Of a DNA stretch of 26,924 nucleotides, positions 1 through 9,029 are shown in pieces. How positions within the stretch are numbered: position 1 is the stretch's first letter; each line of letters opens with the position of its first letter. The stretch is from a virus (Duplodnaviria; Caudoviricetes). Both the position numbers and the translations under genes were made by a program. The notes under the pieces were generated by a model. That model ran no database searches and was not told the DNA's origin. It saw only the letters and a program-made list of their open reading frames with translations. The stretch lies in the IMG/VR virus record IMGVR_UViG_3300020016_000039, positions 1-26,924 of that record. One strand, written 5' to 3'.

Positions 1-2837
1 GGATCAGTATTTTCATCTTCAGCATCTTTAATAGCATCCTCTTTTTCTCCCGATGCGATCTTCGCCCGTAAATCATTTCTTCTTTGTGTTAAATCTTTAT
101 ATTCCTGCGAAGTAATGTCAAGTATTGTAGCAATATGACGATCCAATTCAGCTAACTCAGAACGTTGGTTGCTCAGTACAGCATCTCTTCTTATACCCTC
201 TTCACGTTTCTGGATTGCAGTTAATTCTTTTTGAAATTTCTCATAGCTAATCTTTCCCTGCAAGAATCTGTTTGAAGCATCTCTGACTTCATTAGCTAAA
301 TTTTCATCACGGAATATTAAACCGATATTAAAACCTGAGCCAATAGCGTCAAGTGATTTTTTAAATATATCAGCAGCCAAATCTTTACGCTGAGCAGCGA
401 AACGTGCAAGGATATTAAGTGAGTTTTGCTCACCTACTTCGATTATACCAGCCTTAACTCGCTGATACGTTTCCTCACCAATCAGTAACCTATCAAGATC
501 CAATGCCTTCAATCTATCATCAGTAAATTCCTTTTGATCAGCTAATTCTTGTTGCTCATTGAAATCAATTAACTGCTTACGCTTCTCAAACTCGTCTTGG
601 ATAAGGTTTAAAGTATCTTCTGTAGTTTGCGATTGCAGTTTTGCAAGTTCGTCGTTTAATTTTTCTCTTGCTTCTAAAACTTTTTTATTGAAGTCGGCTA
701 ATGCTTTGTCAAGTTCTATTTTATTAGCATCAACGGCTAATTTTACAAGTATGTCAGCCTGAGGCTGTGTTAATTTTTGTTCTTTTAATAACTGAGCTAT
801 ACGATTCTGTTCAACTGTAAGTTTAGCAGCAAACTCATCGTTGATGGCTTTAATACCTGTTTCTTCTGAACGCCTTAGTTCAGCAATCTTAGCAAGCAAA
901 CGACCACGTTCTTGAATAAAAACATTTTCAATCTTACTCCCACCTTCCTTAAATAAAGATTCTACAGTTATAAAATCAACTCCAAACTTCAATGCGTTAT
1001 TTAAAGCATCCTGTGCAGTATCTAGACTGTCGAATAAACCTCTTAATTCAGAACTTACGCCAACGTTCTGCGATGCTATTTGTTGTTTACGTAGATTAAT
1101 TGTGCGTAATTGATTCCTTACATTAGCATCTTGAAGTACTTGCAACTTTTCGCTATTCTTTGCGCCTGCTTCTATTTGTTCATCACTTATTCCTGATAAT
1201 GCAAGTATTTCATTTGTAGTAACTGGTTTTATTCCTAATATTTTTGCACGATTCTGAACAAGTATATTAGCCCTTTCATCAAGTGCTTTCTGTTCTGCCT
1301 GTAGTCTTGCAGTAGCAGCCTGCTGATTAACATCTAACACAGGACTTTTGGCAGAAATCTCTGCTTGGATCTTAAAAACCTCTTCAGCCTTTTGCGCTAT
1401 TACTGTTTCCGCTGCTCTTGCTAGTGCACGTTCTTTTATCTTAGCAATTTGCGTATCAATAGCTTTATTTATCAGAGCTATATTATCAATCTGCTTTAAG
1501 TCGATCTTATTCCCCTCTTCAGCAGTTTTATTATATTCTTTTGCTAATGCAGTACGTTGTTTTTGAGAAATAGTAACATCGTTCAGTTTAGTTTTTATCA
1601 AATCTAAATGAACAACCTCAGCAGCAAATGAACTTGCAGCAGCTTGCCCAATTTCTGTTTGCGCTTTCTGTTCAGCGGCAGCTTCTTTACTTGCTTCTCC
1701 TAATTTTTGGTAAGCAATAACAAGTCCTGTGATAGCAGCTATCGCAATACCGATTCCAGTACCGGCCAGGGCTAATTTAAAACCCTTCAATACCCCCGTA
1801 CTTGCCCCCACTACAGCAGTATAAGCAGCTTGCGCCCCTGACTGAGCTAACGTAGCTAGCACCCCTTCCCTTCTTGTTAAGTTGCTCAACTGCTCTAAAG
1901 ACTGAAGCAACTGCATAGCTGCGAAAAGCTGTATGGTTTTCTTCTGTAGCTCTTCATTCTGATCACCTACTAATACTGATACTGAAGTGTAAGCTGAAAA
2001 TGCAGCAGTAGCAGCAGTGATAGCACCTTTACCGAAATCCAACGCTTTAGTATCTGAGGCAAGTATTTTTATCCGTTGTTGCTGATCTCCGTAAGCATCA
2101 GTTAATGAAGCCACCCGTTTTTCAAGTTCGAAGTATTCTTTTGAGTTAGCCTTTCCAGCTTGCTCCATCTTCACCAGCTCTTCCCTTCCCTGCCGGATCT
2201 GTGTTCTTAGTGATACAGTAGATTGTCCTGCTGATTCTGCGGCTGCGTCATAATCTGCCAATGCTTTCTTCCCAGCTTCAACCGCTGGAGCAAGAGCCTT
2301 AAACTCTTCAGATTCTTGATTCATTTCAGACAAAGCCAATTCTGCTGCTGCAATAGCACCCCGTAATTGCTCAAACTCTGCTGCTGAAGCACCTACAGCT
2401 TCACCTAATCCAGTGCCGCCTAATGGCAGTTGGGGTATATTCTGTGGAGTTACAGGAGGGATAGCAATACGACCCTTAGCGGTTGAGTTTGCGAAATCAG
2501 TTGCCAGTTTCGTGGCTTTCTGGTATTCAATTTCGGTTTGCTTAACTAAGTCAGTAAGTTTCTGTTGTTCTACCTGAGCCGATTTTAAAGCGTCCTGCCG
2601 CTGCTTAATTATTCCGGTATTACTTCCTTTATTTGCGTTATCAAGCTCTTGTTGCTGACGTAATACAGCGTCTGAAGCGGCTTTGAGTGCAATCTTAGCT
2701 TCTGCGAGTTTCTTATTAGCTGCATCTTGAGCTTGGGAGAACTTATTTGTAGATGCAGTTAGCGAATCAACCCCTTTAATATAGGCCGAATCGTCTATCT
2801 CCAGTTTGTAGATCGTCCGTTGAATTTCGTCTGCCAT
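1..2837 (-). CDS. Tail tape measure protein (3' end beyond the window)
   Basis: Not in the ORF track because it has no stop in the window. Hand translation from ATG 2837: MADEIQRTIYKLEIDDSAYIKGVDSLTAST..., open for about 945 codons. Ala/Gln/Glu/Lys-rich helical sequence with a hydrophobic segment GFKLALAGTGIGIAIAAITGLVIAY; lies downstream of a frameshifting chaperone pair. Confidence 0.88.
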   Translation of the reverse strand, partial: MADEIQRTIYKLEIDDSAYIKGVDSLTASTNKFSQAQDAANKKLAEAKIALKAASDAVLRQQQELDNANKGSNTGIIKQRQDALKSAQVEQQKLTDLVKQTEIEYQKATKLATDFANSTAKGRIAIPPVTPQNIPQLPLGGTGLGEAVGASAAEFEQLRGAIAAAELALSEMNQESEEFKALAPAVEAGKKALADYDAAAESAGQSTVSLRTQIRQGREELVKMEQAGKANSKEYFELEKRVASLTDAYGDQQQRIKILASDTKALDFGKGAITAATAAFSAYTSVSVLVGDQNEELQKKTIQLFAAMQLLQSLEQLSNLTRREGVLATLAQSGAQAAYTAVVGASTGVLKGFKLALAGTGIGIAIAAITGLVIAYQKLGEASKEAAAEQKAQTEIGQAAASSFAAEVVHLDLIKTKLNDVTISQKQRTALAKEYNKTAEEGNKIDLKQIDNIALINKAIDTQIAKIKERALARAAETVIAQKAEEVFKIQAEISAKSPVLDVNQQAATARLQAEQKALDERANILVQNRAKILGIKPVTTNEILALSGISDEQIEAGAKNSEKLQVLQDANVRNQLRTINLRKQQIASQNVGVSSELRGLFDSLDTAQDALNNALKFGVDFITVESLFKEGGSKIENVFIQERGRLLAKIAELRRSEETGIKAINDEFAAKLTVEQNRIAQLLKEQKLTQPQADILVKLAVDANKIELDKALADFNKKVLEAREKLNDELAKLQSQTTEDTLNLIQDEFEKRKQLIDFNEQQELADQKEFTDDRLKALDLDRLLIGEETYQRVKAGIIEVGEQNSLNILARFAAQRKDLAADIFKKSLDAIGSGFNIGLIFRDENLANEVRDASNRFLQGKISYEKFQKELTAIQKREEGIRRDAVLSNQRSELAELDRHIATILDITSQEYKDLTQRRNDLRAKIASGEKEDAIKDAEDENTD

Positions 2838-2878
2838 AGCGATTAAAGAAAAATCCCCATTTGTCTCTAATCGTTAGG

Positions 2879-2886
2879 TAAAGATA
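2879..2886 (-). promoter_or_regulatory. Putative Bacteroidota -7 promoter box (TATCTTTA) for the tape measure gene
   Basis: TAnnTTT[G/A] match about 40 bp upstream of the ATG at 2837; the same octamer lies upstream of the primase leader (15900-15907). Confidence 0.45.
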
Positions 2887-2907
2887 GTAGTTTTTCGATA
2901 ATTGCAG

Positions 2908-2970
2908 AATGTTAATAACTTTTTTAGGTAATTGTTTACAAGTATCAAAGTAAAGGCTATATTTACACTT
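2908..2970 (+). promoter_or_regulatory. Conserved 63-bp promoter/operator, copy 1
   Basis: AATGTTAATAACTTTTT-n7-TTGTTTACAAGTATCAAA-n7-CTATATTTACACTT; 49/63 identical without gaps to the reverse complement of 12965-13027; contains a TATATTTA -7-like box. Confidence 0.75.
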
Positions 2971-2984
2971 CAAACGCAAACAAC

Positions 2985-3308
2985 ATGAAACAAGCGACAT
3001 TAACTTTAGAAAATCAAAATAAAGAATACTTGGATTTGTATGGTGATTGCTTAAAGCCATTTGTTGAACTACCAACTACATCTACATTCGACGATATTAA
3101 AAAGCAAGTTGATACTAACTCAACTGTTGGTTATATACATTCTATCAAAATAGGCAATCGTTGTGTAATAGCTCAAAGAAAATTTACATGGAAAAGTAAT
3201 GTAGCAAAAACAGCATACTTACACATTATGATAGTTAAAAGTTTTGAGAACCCTATTGTAGTTGAACATTGGAGAGAACAAAAGAACGGTAATTTTAAAA
3301 CATTATAA
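2985..3308 (+). CDS. Hypothetical protein (accessory module 1)
   Basis: 107-aa ORF directly after the conserved promoter, A-rich leader. Confidence 0.7.
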   Translation: MKQATLTLENQNKEYLDLYGDCLKPFVELPTTSTFDDIKKQVDTNSTVGYIHSIKIGNRCVIAQRKFTWKSNVAKTAYLHIMIVKSFENPIVVEHWREQKNGNFKTL

Positions 3309-3322
3309 AAAAAACAAACTAT

Positions 3323-3622
3323 ATGAATTACGAAAAATGTAGTATTTGCGGGGCTGAATATGGGCTGCATAAATCAGAAACAAATAAATGCCCTGTTAAT
3401 GGAAGAGAAGAAACAAGGGAAGGGTATAAGCAAAAATGGGATAATACATATTTTACTCCATTCAATAACGTATCATCGTTGCCAATAGGGGTAAAAGATA
3501 TTGATATATCTGAATTTGCCAGTACCATATACGATAAATGGGCTGTAATAATAGATGAAAGAAGAATAATGACAAGAGATTTATTCACATTAGCAATTCA
3601 AGACATAATTAAACCAATATGA
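3323..3622 (+). CDS. Hypothetical protein with an N-terminal CxxC...H...C putative Zn site
   Basis: CSICGAEYGLHKSETNKCP; ATGA overlap with the next gene. Confidence 0.7.
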   Translation: MNYEKCSICGAEYGLHKSETNKCPVNGREETREGYKQKWDNTYFTPFNNVSSLPIGVKDIDISEFASTIYDKWAVIIDERRIMTRDLFTLAIQDIIKPI

Positions 3623-3801
3623 AACAACTTCCTAAATGCGTTAATTGTAAATGGGCCGGACATAATAGAAAAACAGCTACTTCTAATGATGGTTGTTATT
3701 TACCAAACAACTTGCCGGATAGGAGGAATTTAAAATACACAACTAATTCATCACGGGCAACCCATTGCGATAAACACGACTTTTTAAAAACTAAAAAATG
3801 A
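3619..3801 (+). CDS. Small Cys/His-rich hypothetical protein
   Basis: CVNC...C...HCDKH; ATGA overlaps at both ends. Confidence 0.6.
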   Translation: MKQLPKCVNCKWAGHNRKTATSNDGCYLPNNLPDRRNLKYTTNSSRATHCDKHDFLKTKK

Positions 3802-3947
3802 AACAAGAAACCAGAGGCGGCAAACGAGAAGGCTCAGGCCGTCCGAAACTTGCACCTACAAAGGTGCTTGCATACAGAGTACCGATATCGAAAGCTATTA
3901 AGATTGATAAAGCTATAAGGAAACTATTAACTGGATTGCTTCTTTAA
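3798..3947 (+). CDS. 49-aa AT-hook/ribbon-helix-helix-like DNA-binding protein (paralog A)
   Basis: Hand translation MKQETRGGKREGSGRPKLAPTKVLAYRVPISKAIKIDKAIRKLLTGLLL; GRP motif, then an alternating beta strand and a helix; paralog at 12474-12620. Confidence 0.72.
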   Translation: MKQETRGGKREGSGRPKLAPTKVLAYRVPISKAIKIDKAIRKLLTGLLL

Positions 3948-4238
3948 CTTCTTATAATCCTCATTTTTCTGCTCCACCTCCTGAATAAACAACGATAATT
4001 CCTGGTAATACTCCCCTGTAGTATATTGAAACAACCGATCACGTTCTGATATTACCCCGTTTGTAATACTTCGCATCATTAATTGCATTGATCGTTCCGA
4101 ATCCGCTGCTTTCTGGATCTCTTCACTGAATGAACCTATCTTTTTCTTTATTGTACCGAAGCAATTTGGGAAAGTTGCGCTAAGAACGCTGAATACCGTT
4201 CTGTGATACCGATCTGATGTTTCAAAAAAAAACCACAC
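3927..4238 (-). CDS. Tail assembly chaperone -1 frameshift extension (gpT-like)
   Basis: Opens in the -1 frame of 4148-4684 at the T9 run; lies upstream of the tape measure gene. Confidence 0.7.
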   Translation of the reverse strand: MWFFFETSDRYHRTVFSVLSATFPNCFGTIKKKIGSFSEEIQKAADSERSMQLMMRSITNGVISERDRLFQYTTGEYYQELSLFIQEVEQKNEDYKKLKKQSS

Positions 4239-4684
4239 ATTTCAATATCTGCCTCCAACAGTGACATTTTCTTTATCTGCAAATTATTATCAAACGAATC
4301 TATTGGCTCATCGTTCAATGTGAAGTATACACACGTTAACGAAACCATTTGCTTTATTGCATCAGTAGCGTTATTAGCCTTACTCTCAAAATCCAAAACA
4401 TTAGCATAAGCCTTTTCGTACCTGTCTGTATCCTGTGACTTCAGTATAGTTTTCAATCCAGATATGTGAGAAGTCAGATCATCTTTACTTAATCCTAAAG
4501 CATACAGTGAAGTAATCTTAGTTGCTGCGAAGTTCCTGGTATAAGGCATTGCAGTTAAATCAGAGAACGACCACCATTTGTTACCATCCTTATCGGTGTA
4601 CATCAAATTCATTACAGATTTTGTACCTGTAGCTGAATTTAAGTAACTTCTTTCTTTACCATTATCCGATTCTAGTTTCCACAT
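4148..4684 (-). CDS. Tail assembly chaperone (gpG-like)
   Basis: 178 aa with ...MCGFFLK over GGT TTT TTT TTG near the 3' end; position relative to the tape measure gene matches lambda G/GT. Confidence 0.7.
   Translation of the reverse strand: MWKLESDNGKERSYLNSATGTKSVMNLMYTDKDGNKWWSFSDLTAMPYTRNFAATKITSLYALGLSKDDLTSHISGLKTILKSQDTDRYEKAYANVLDFESKANNATDAIKQMVSLTCVYFTLNDEPIDSFDNNLQIKKMSLLEADIEMCGFFLKHQIGITERYSAFLAQLSQIASVQ
4224..4234 (-). other. Programmed -1 ribosomal frameshift slippery site (GGT TTT TTT TT)
   Basis: Nine A at 4224-4232 on the plus strand give a T TTT TTT heptamer in frame on the minus strand. Confidence 0.7.
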
Positions 4685-4818
4685 TTAGATTTCCTTGCTA
4701 GTATTTTTAAAACAGCAATATTAAATCCGTACTTCTTTATCATATACTTGCTAACAAATATAACATCAACTATCTTACCTGTCAAACCAGTACATTTTAA
4801 TTCAGACTTAACTTTCAT
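4672..4818 (-). CDS. Small basic hypothetical protein (48 aa)
   Basis: MKVKSELKCTGLTGKIVDVIFVSKYMIKKYGFNIAVLKILARKSKCGN; ATGA overlap with 4815-5024; fills the gap before the chaperone gene. Confidence 0.45.
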   Translation of the reverse strand: MKVKSELKCTGLTGKIVDVIFVSKYMIKKYGFNIAVLKILARKSKCGN

Positions 4819-5024
4819 CTCATATTATTTAACGATAACTTAAGCATACTTCTACTAAACATTATCACACTCGCTTGCATCAAAATTATTAAATCTTCGT
4901 CATTATACAACTCAAACTCATCTTCGATTATATCAACAATAGTTTTAAAGATACTATATTCTAGTGAAAAGTTGATGCACATTGATTTAATCTCCATTGC
5001 GCTGTAGGTCGGGGCTATTATCAT
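4815..5024 (-). CDS. Small acidic hypothetical protein
   Basis: 69-aa ORF overlapping the terL 3' end, same strand. Confidence 0.55.
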   Translation of the reverse strand: MIIAPTYSAMEIKSMCINFSLEYSIFKTIVDIIEDEFELYNDEDLIILMQASVIMFSRSMLKLSLNNMR

Positions 5025-6267
5025 ACAATTTCAGATTGATAAATTTACTAAGAAAAGTCCAATTAAAGTAACGCCACGCATCTAATAAGTGCGTTTTGTG
5101 CTTATCTTTTGACTTATCAATATCTCCATGAGTATCTACTTCACAACTTTCAATATCTGCAACCAAGTATGGAACACGATCAGAAAACAAATAGTCAGTA
5201 TGCTTGCTTAGTAATGAATTACATAATACTCTTGTATTCTTTATTCTCGGATTAGCTGAAGGTATTTTAAATTGATGAATACCTAACCTTAATTTGCTTT
5301 GAATAACCTTATAATAATTCAAGTCTCTTTTTAACGCTGTTCTATTCATACCAGAAGCATCACCAGTTACTAATAACATCTTATCTGAGTAGTCTAAAAA
5401 TATCCTTGCGCAAAGTTCCTCAATATCGCTATTCATTAACCTGTATTCATCCAATATTCTAACTTTATTTAACCCGTCGCATTGACCGACCATGCAAGTA
5501 ATAGGCTCTACGTTAAAATCGAATGAAAGTATTATTGGTAAGAATGGTAACGATTGAAGTCCTGCGACAATATGTTTCTTTCTTTCAAACTTATAGATGA
5601 ATTTATTAACGGCTAATGAAACATCTTCTGCTAAATACTCGCAATTAAAAACCTCTTCATCGAGCTGCTCTTTAGCTTCGTCAATTTCTGCTGGATCTAA
5701 GTACGGGTTATCATAACTTGAATATTTCCAATTCATCCACTTCTCATTATCTAATCTGCATAATGATTTAAAATAACTTTCGCCAAAAGCCGGGGTAGAT
5801 AAAAACCAGGCATCACCTTTCATATCCGTAAGCGTTGGCCTGATTACCCGCTGCCATGAATTTTTAAGATCAGCTACTATTTCGGCTTCATCAATAATTA
5901 TACGTTTGTACTTATTACCTCTTATTGAATCCGCCGAATCCATTGACCACATATTGATCGTACCACCGCCAACTAATTCAATTCGCTTCTCTGTTTCAGA
6001 TTTGCTTTTAGTTACCCCGTAAACTATCCCGTTAATAGCTCTCCATACCTCCATTACCATTTTATATGTAGGCGCACAATACGCAACAGGGAAACCATTT
6101 AACGCTCCATTACTTTTATCTTCAGGTGATAACAATAGTTCTTCAGCCAATTTCGTTTTCCCGAATCTTCTACCGCATTTCAAAGTGTTGAATCTTCTGC
6201 GCTCATTCATTATTGTATTCTGCGCCGGATGTAATTCATCCATTCGTATTTGGAAGGGTTTGTTCAT
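4987..6267 (-). CDS. terL: Terminase large subunit
   Basis: Walker A GRRFGKT, Walker B IIIDEA, coupling motif STP, nuclease residues SFDFN, GDASG and HLLDAWRY. Confidence 0.95.
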   Translation of the reverse strand: MNKPFQIRMDELHPAQNTIMNERRRFNTLKCGRRFGKTKLAEELLLSPEDKSNGALNGFPVAYCAPTYKMVMEVWRAINGIVYGVTKSKSETEKRIELVGGGTINMWSMDSADSIRGNKYKRIIIDEAEIVADLKNSWQRVIRPTLTDMKGDAWFLSTPAFGESYFKSLCRLDNEKWMNWKYSSYDNPYLDPAEIDEAKEQLDEEVFNCEYLAEDVSLAVNKFIYKFERKKHIVAGLQSLPFLPIILSFDFNVEPITCMVGQCDGLNKVRILDEYRLMNSDIEELCARIFLDYSDKMLLVTGDASGMNRTALKRDLNYYKVIQSKLRLGIHQFKIPSANPRIKNTRVLCNSLLSKHTDYLFSDRVPYLVADIESCEVDTHGDIDKSKDKHKTHLLDAWRYFNWTFLSKFINLKLYDNSPDLQRNGD

Positions 6268-6539
6268 GGTAGGTCGCCCTCGTACACATGGAACACAAAC
6301 GGAGCAACTAAAACAGTATTTATAAATCTAAGTGATGCAATACCTTCAGGCAACTCTTGACCTGTACAGTAAATGTAAATAGTTCTTTCTTCAAGTTTGT
6401 TTTGAGGATTACATACATACCAAATACAAACAATATGATTTTGATTATCAGCTGAAATTATTTGTGATCCAAAGGGAAGTAATACTTTATTGTAAGTATT
6501 AAAATCTTTTAATTGCAGCTTATAGATAACCTTACTCAT
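6264..6539 (-). CDS. Conserved small phage protein of unknown function
   Basis: IYKLQL...LPFGSQIIS...TGQELP...FVFHVYE pattern that I recognise from phage hypothetical proteins; ATGA overlaps. Confidence 0.7.
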   Translation of the reverse strand: MSKVIYKLQLKDFNTYNKVLLPFGSQIISADNQNHIVCIWYVCNPQNKLEERTIYIYCTGQELPEGIASLRFINTVLVAPFVFHVYEGDLP

Positions 6540-7060
6540 ACCAAATGTTTTTTATCTCTTATATTAGTTGCCATCCGGTATGTATGGAAAATGTAGATTC
6601 CATTCATCCTTAACACATCCAACCCCGCAGCAACTATTTTCAAATGATACTTATTATCAACTCCGAGACAGCCGTCATCAAACTTAACACGATCCCATGT
6701 ACTCTTACGAATTACCATTAAGAAACCGCTGATTGGTTTTAGTAGTAATGTAGTATCGTATAACCCAACTTCACGTCTCTTAGCTATGTTAATATGATTA
6801 CGGATTGAATCATTCTCATCACATCTGTAAGATAATAATTGCTCCCCATTAGCCAGCCTATTCGTATAACAAGTCAATATCCCTGCATTCGGAAATAGTT
6901 CTGTGTAGTGTGATATATGACGAATAGTATCAGGAAGTAAGAATAATGTGTCGTGATCTTTGAGGCATACCCAATCATCCTGCCCGAAGTATGACATGGT
7001 TTTGTTATATGCGGCTCCGAGATTACGCTCGTTATCGTATGGCTCTACTATGTGTAGCAT
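6536..7060 (-). CDS. GT-A fold glycosyltransferase (GT2-like)
   Basis: NLGAAYN, DWVCLKDHD (DxD), SGFLMVIRKSTW, GVDN, HTYR. Confidence 0.78.
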   Translation of the reverse strand: MLHIVEPYDNERNLGAAYNKTMSYFGQDDWVCLKDHDTLFLLPDTIRHISHYTELFPNAGILTCYTNRLANGEQLLSYRCDENDSIRNHINIAKRREVGLYDTTLLLKPISGFLMVIRKSTWDRVKFDDGCLGVDNKYHLKIVAAGLDVLRMNGIYIFHTYRMATNIRDKKHLV

Positions 7061-7308
7061 TATGCGGTATCATATTTTGTAATCCAATCAGCAATTATAT
7101 CAATATCATACCCATCACACACCCATACTAAAAGAGATTGTTTAAATTGAGCAGGATCATTAGACCGGCTAATACTAATAACAAAATCTGGTTTATCTGC
7201 TCCGTCTTGCATAAGTTGAATTGGGAATGCCATTGAATCTTTTACATGAACCCTAAACGTAGCGCTTTCAAGATGGATATGTGCGGTCTTTAAAATATCT
7301 TCAATCAT
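7060..7308 (-). CDS. Hypothetical protein
   Basis: 82-aa ORF with coupled start/stop overlaps. Confidence 0.65.
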   Translation of the reverse strand: MIEDILKTAHIHLESATFRVHVKDSMAFPIQLMQDGADKPDFVISISRSNDPAQFKQSLLVWVCDGYDIDIIADWITKYDTA

Positions 7309-7907
7309 ACTTTCACTTTATTACTTACATTATGCGGTTTCCCTTTTCCTATTCGATCAGTTTTTACAATTACTTTCTCCACCCATTCAAGCGGTAACAC
7401 TTTCGATACGTCTTGAATAAACCTGAAATCTGCTGCTGGTAGTCCATCGAACATCGCTATATTTTTCTTACTATGATGTAAGATAATACAAGGCATACCA
7501 ATTAATCCACGTTTAATAGTTTTATTTCTCATTTGAACTACTCCAGGTTTACGCATCTGACCACGCAAGAACTGACAGATAATACCTACTTCTGGATTTA
7601 TTAAGTGTTTAACTATATCACCGATTGCAGACTTATTATGTATGAAATCATCGTCATCAATAATTATAAACCATCCTTCATTAACTTGCTCTTTCAATTC
7701 GTTTAAATATAAATTCCAGTAATAACCATTATCACCTTTCTGTACTCGTATCTTATCACACCAATCAGGAATATAATCACATTCAAAATCATAACTAACT
7801 ATAACCCTGATACTTTTATACGTTTGTTGCTGGATAGATTGCAGACAACGCTGGAATAATATCGGACGTTGAGAAGTTCGGATTAATATGTTAATTAGTG
7901 GTTGCAT
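7305..7907 (-). CDS. Glycosyltransferase family 2 (GT-A)
   Basis: Probable start MQPLINILIRT at 7907; RCLQSIQQQTYK.IRVIVSYD, WFIIIDDDD, ADFRFI are GT2 motifs. Confidence 0.88.
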   Translation of the reverse strand: MQPLINILIRTSQRPILFQRCLQSIQQQTYKSIRVIVSYDFECDYIPDWCDKIRVQKGDNGYYWNLYLNELKEQVNEGWFIIIDDDDFIHNKSAIGDIVKHLINPEVGIICQFLRGQMRKPGVVQMRNKTIKRGLIGMPCIILHHSKKNIAMFDGLPAADFRFIQDVSKVLPLEWVEKVIVKTDRIGKGKPHNVSNKVKV

Positions 7908-8115
7908 AGGTTTGGTTAAAATAATCTCCAGCATCTTCGTATTTGTCATGCTCTGATATACCTTCATCATACCCAGCATTAAAAGCTGATTTAATTAAAT
8001 CCTTTTCCTTAGCAAGCAATTCAGTAGCCTTTTTCATTATTGAACTTCTTGGATAGTCATTCATTGCACCGCCTTTTTCTATCCATTCAATTAGCTCTTG
8101 CATAACTGTATTCAT
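7891..8115 (-). CDS. Hypothetical phage protein
   Basis: 74 aa, ...KEKDLIKSAFNAG...AGDYFNQTY; ATGA overlap upstream. Confidence 0.7.
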   Translation of the reverse strand: MNTVMQELIEWIEKGGAMNDYPRSSIMKKATELLAKEKDLIKSAFNAGYDEGISEHDKYEDAGDYFNQTYATTN

Positions 8116-9029
8116 AACCCTTTATTTACTTTCTCAATAATCGCATCACTCAACCTCTTCCCCACTATCCTATAATCGAATTTACGAATTAAGTCAAGAG
8201 CATTGCCGGATAAATACTTTGCATACTGTTCGTTACTCAGTATCTTCAATATCCCTGCCCTCATAGCTTCACTATCACCTTCTTTAACCCTGATACAAGT
8301 GAAATCATCTATCGCAAACGAACTATTGCAAGGCGTCTCTGTACATACTACAGGCACACCACAGGCCATTGCTTCAGCTACCGGGTTACACCACCCGCCT
8401 CTAACGTGACCGTCTACAAACACCCTACTATCACATAGGAACTTCTTTAAATCGTCTTGCTTAATCCCCTTACGGTAGTATGATTTATTACTGATCTTTC
8501 CAATCGCTTCAGATACTGTCTTGCTATCTTTCCGAGGGCGTGGATCGTTAGACCAGGAAACATCAAACATCTTTTTCCTTACTACTGGTTTGAACTGAGT
8601 TGTATTGATACCACCGATTGACGGGCCGCAATCTGGGTTGAAGTATCTGATAATCTCTAACTGCCAATCTGAATCAGCAAGTGGCCAATAGTTAGTTATT
8701 AACTCGTGATGAACTGGTGAAACAAACTGCCCGTTGATTCTTGATTTATCAAACCCTAACATACAATAGGCTTTTACTTTTGCTTCGGCTTGTTTAAATA
8801 ATTCGTAATACTTCTCATCAGGATCGTCAATAAATATTAAACAATCCAGCGGCTTTATCTTCTCATTCGATTCCCAATTACATTTATTAGGCAACCAACC
8901 TAAGTCTTTGCCATGATCCGTATAGATAGTAACATCGTGGCCTAAGTCAGTAAGTACGTTACCGTTTTCGATCACTTCTCTGACAGATCCGAAAATACCA
9001 CCTGTTCGTATTAGGAAACCGATTGTCAT
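8112..9029 (-). CDS. Glycosyltransferase family 4 (GT-B)
   Basis: N-terminal GGIFGSVR...LTDLGHDVTIY; C-terminal GGWCNPVAEAMACGVPVVCT and GDSEAM. Confidence 0.9.
   Translation of the reverse strand: MTIGFLIRTGGIFGSVREVIENGNVLTDLGHDVTIYTDHGKDLGWLPNKCNWESNEKIKPLDCLIFIDDPDEKYYELFKQAEAKVKAYCMLGFDKSRINGQFVSPVHHELITNYWPLADSDWQLEIIRYFNPDCGPSIGGINTTQFKPVVRKKMFDVSWSNDPRPRKDSKTVSEAIGKISNKSYYRKGIKQDDLKKFLCDSRVFVDGHVRGGWCNPVAEAMACGVPVVCTETPCNSSFAIDDFTCIRVKEGDSEAMRAGILKILSNEQYAKYLSGNALDLIRKFDYRIVGKRLSDAIIEKVNKGL

Noticed and set aside
559-1566. Plus-strand ORFs 559-762 and 1348-1566
   Set aside because: Antisense shadows of the tape measure gene with Ser/Phe/Leu-rich composition.
2776-3588. Minus-strand ORFs 2776-3075, 3173-3370 and 3328-3588
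   Set aside because: They overlap better-supported plus-strand genes and the conserved promoter.
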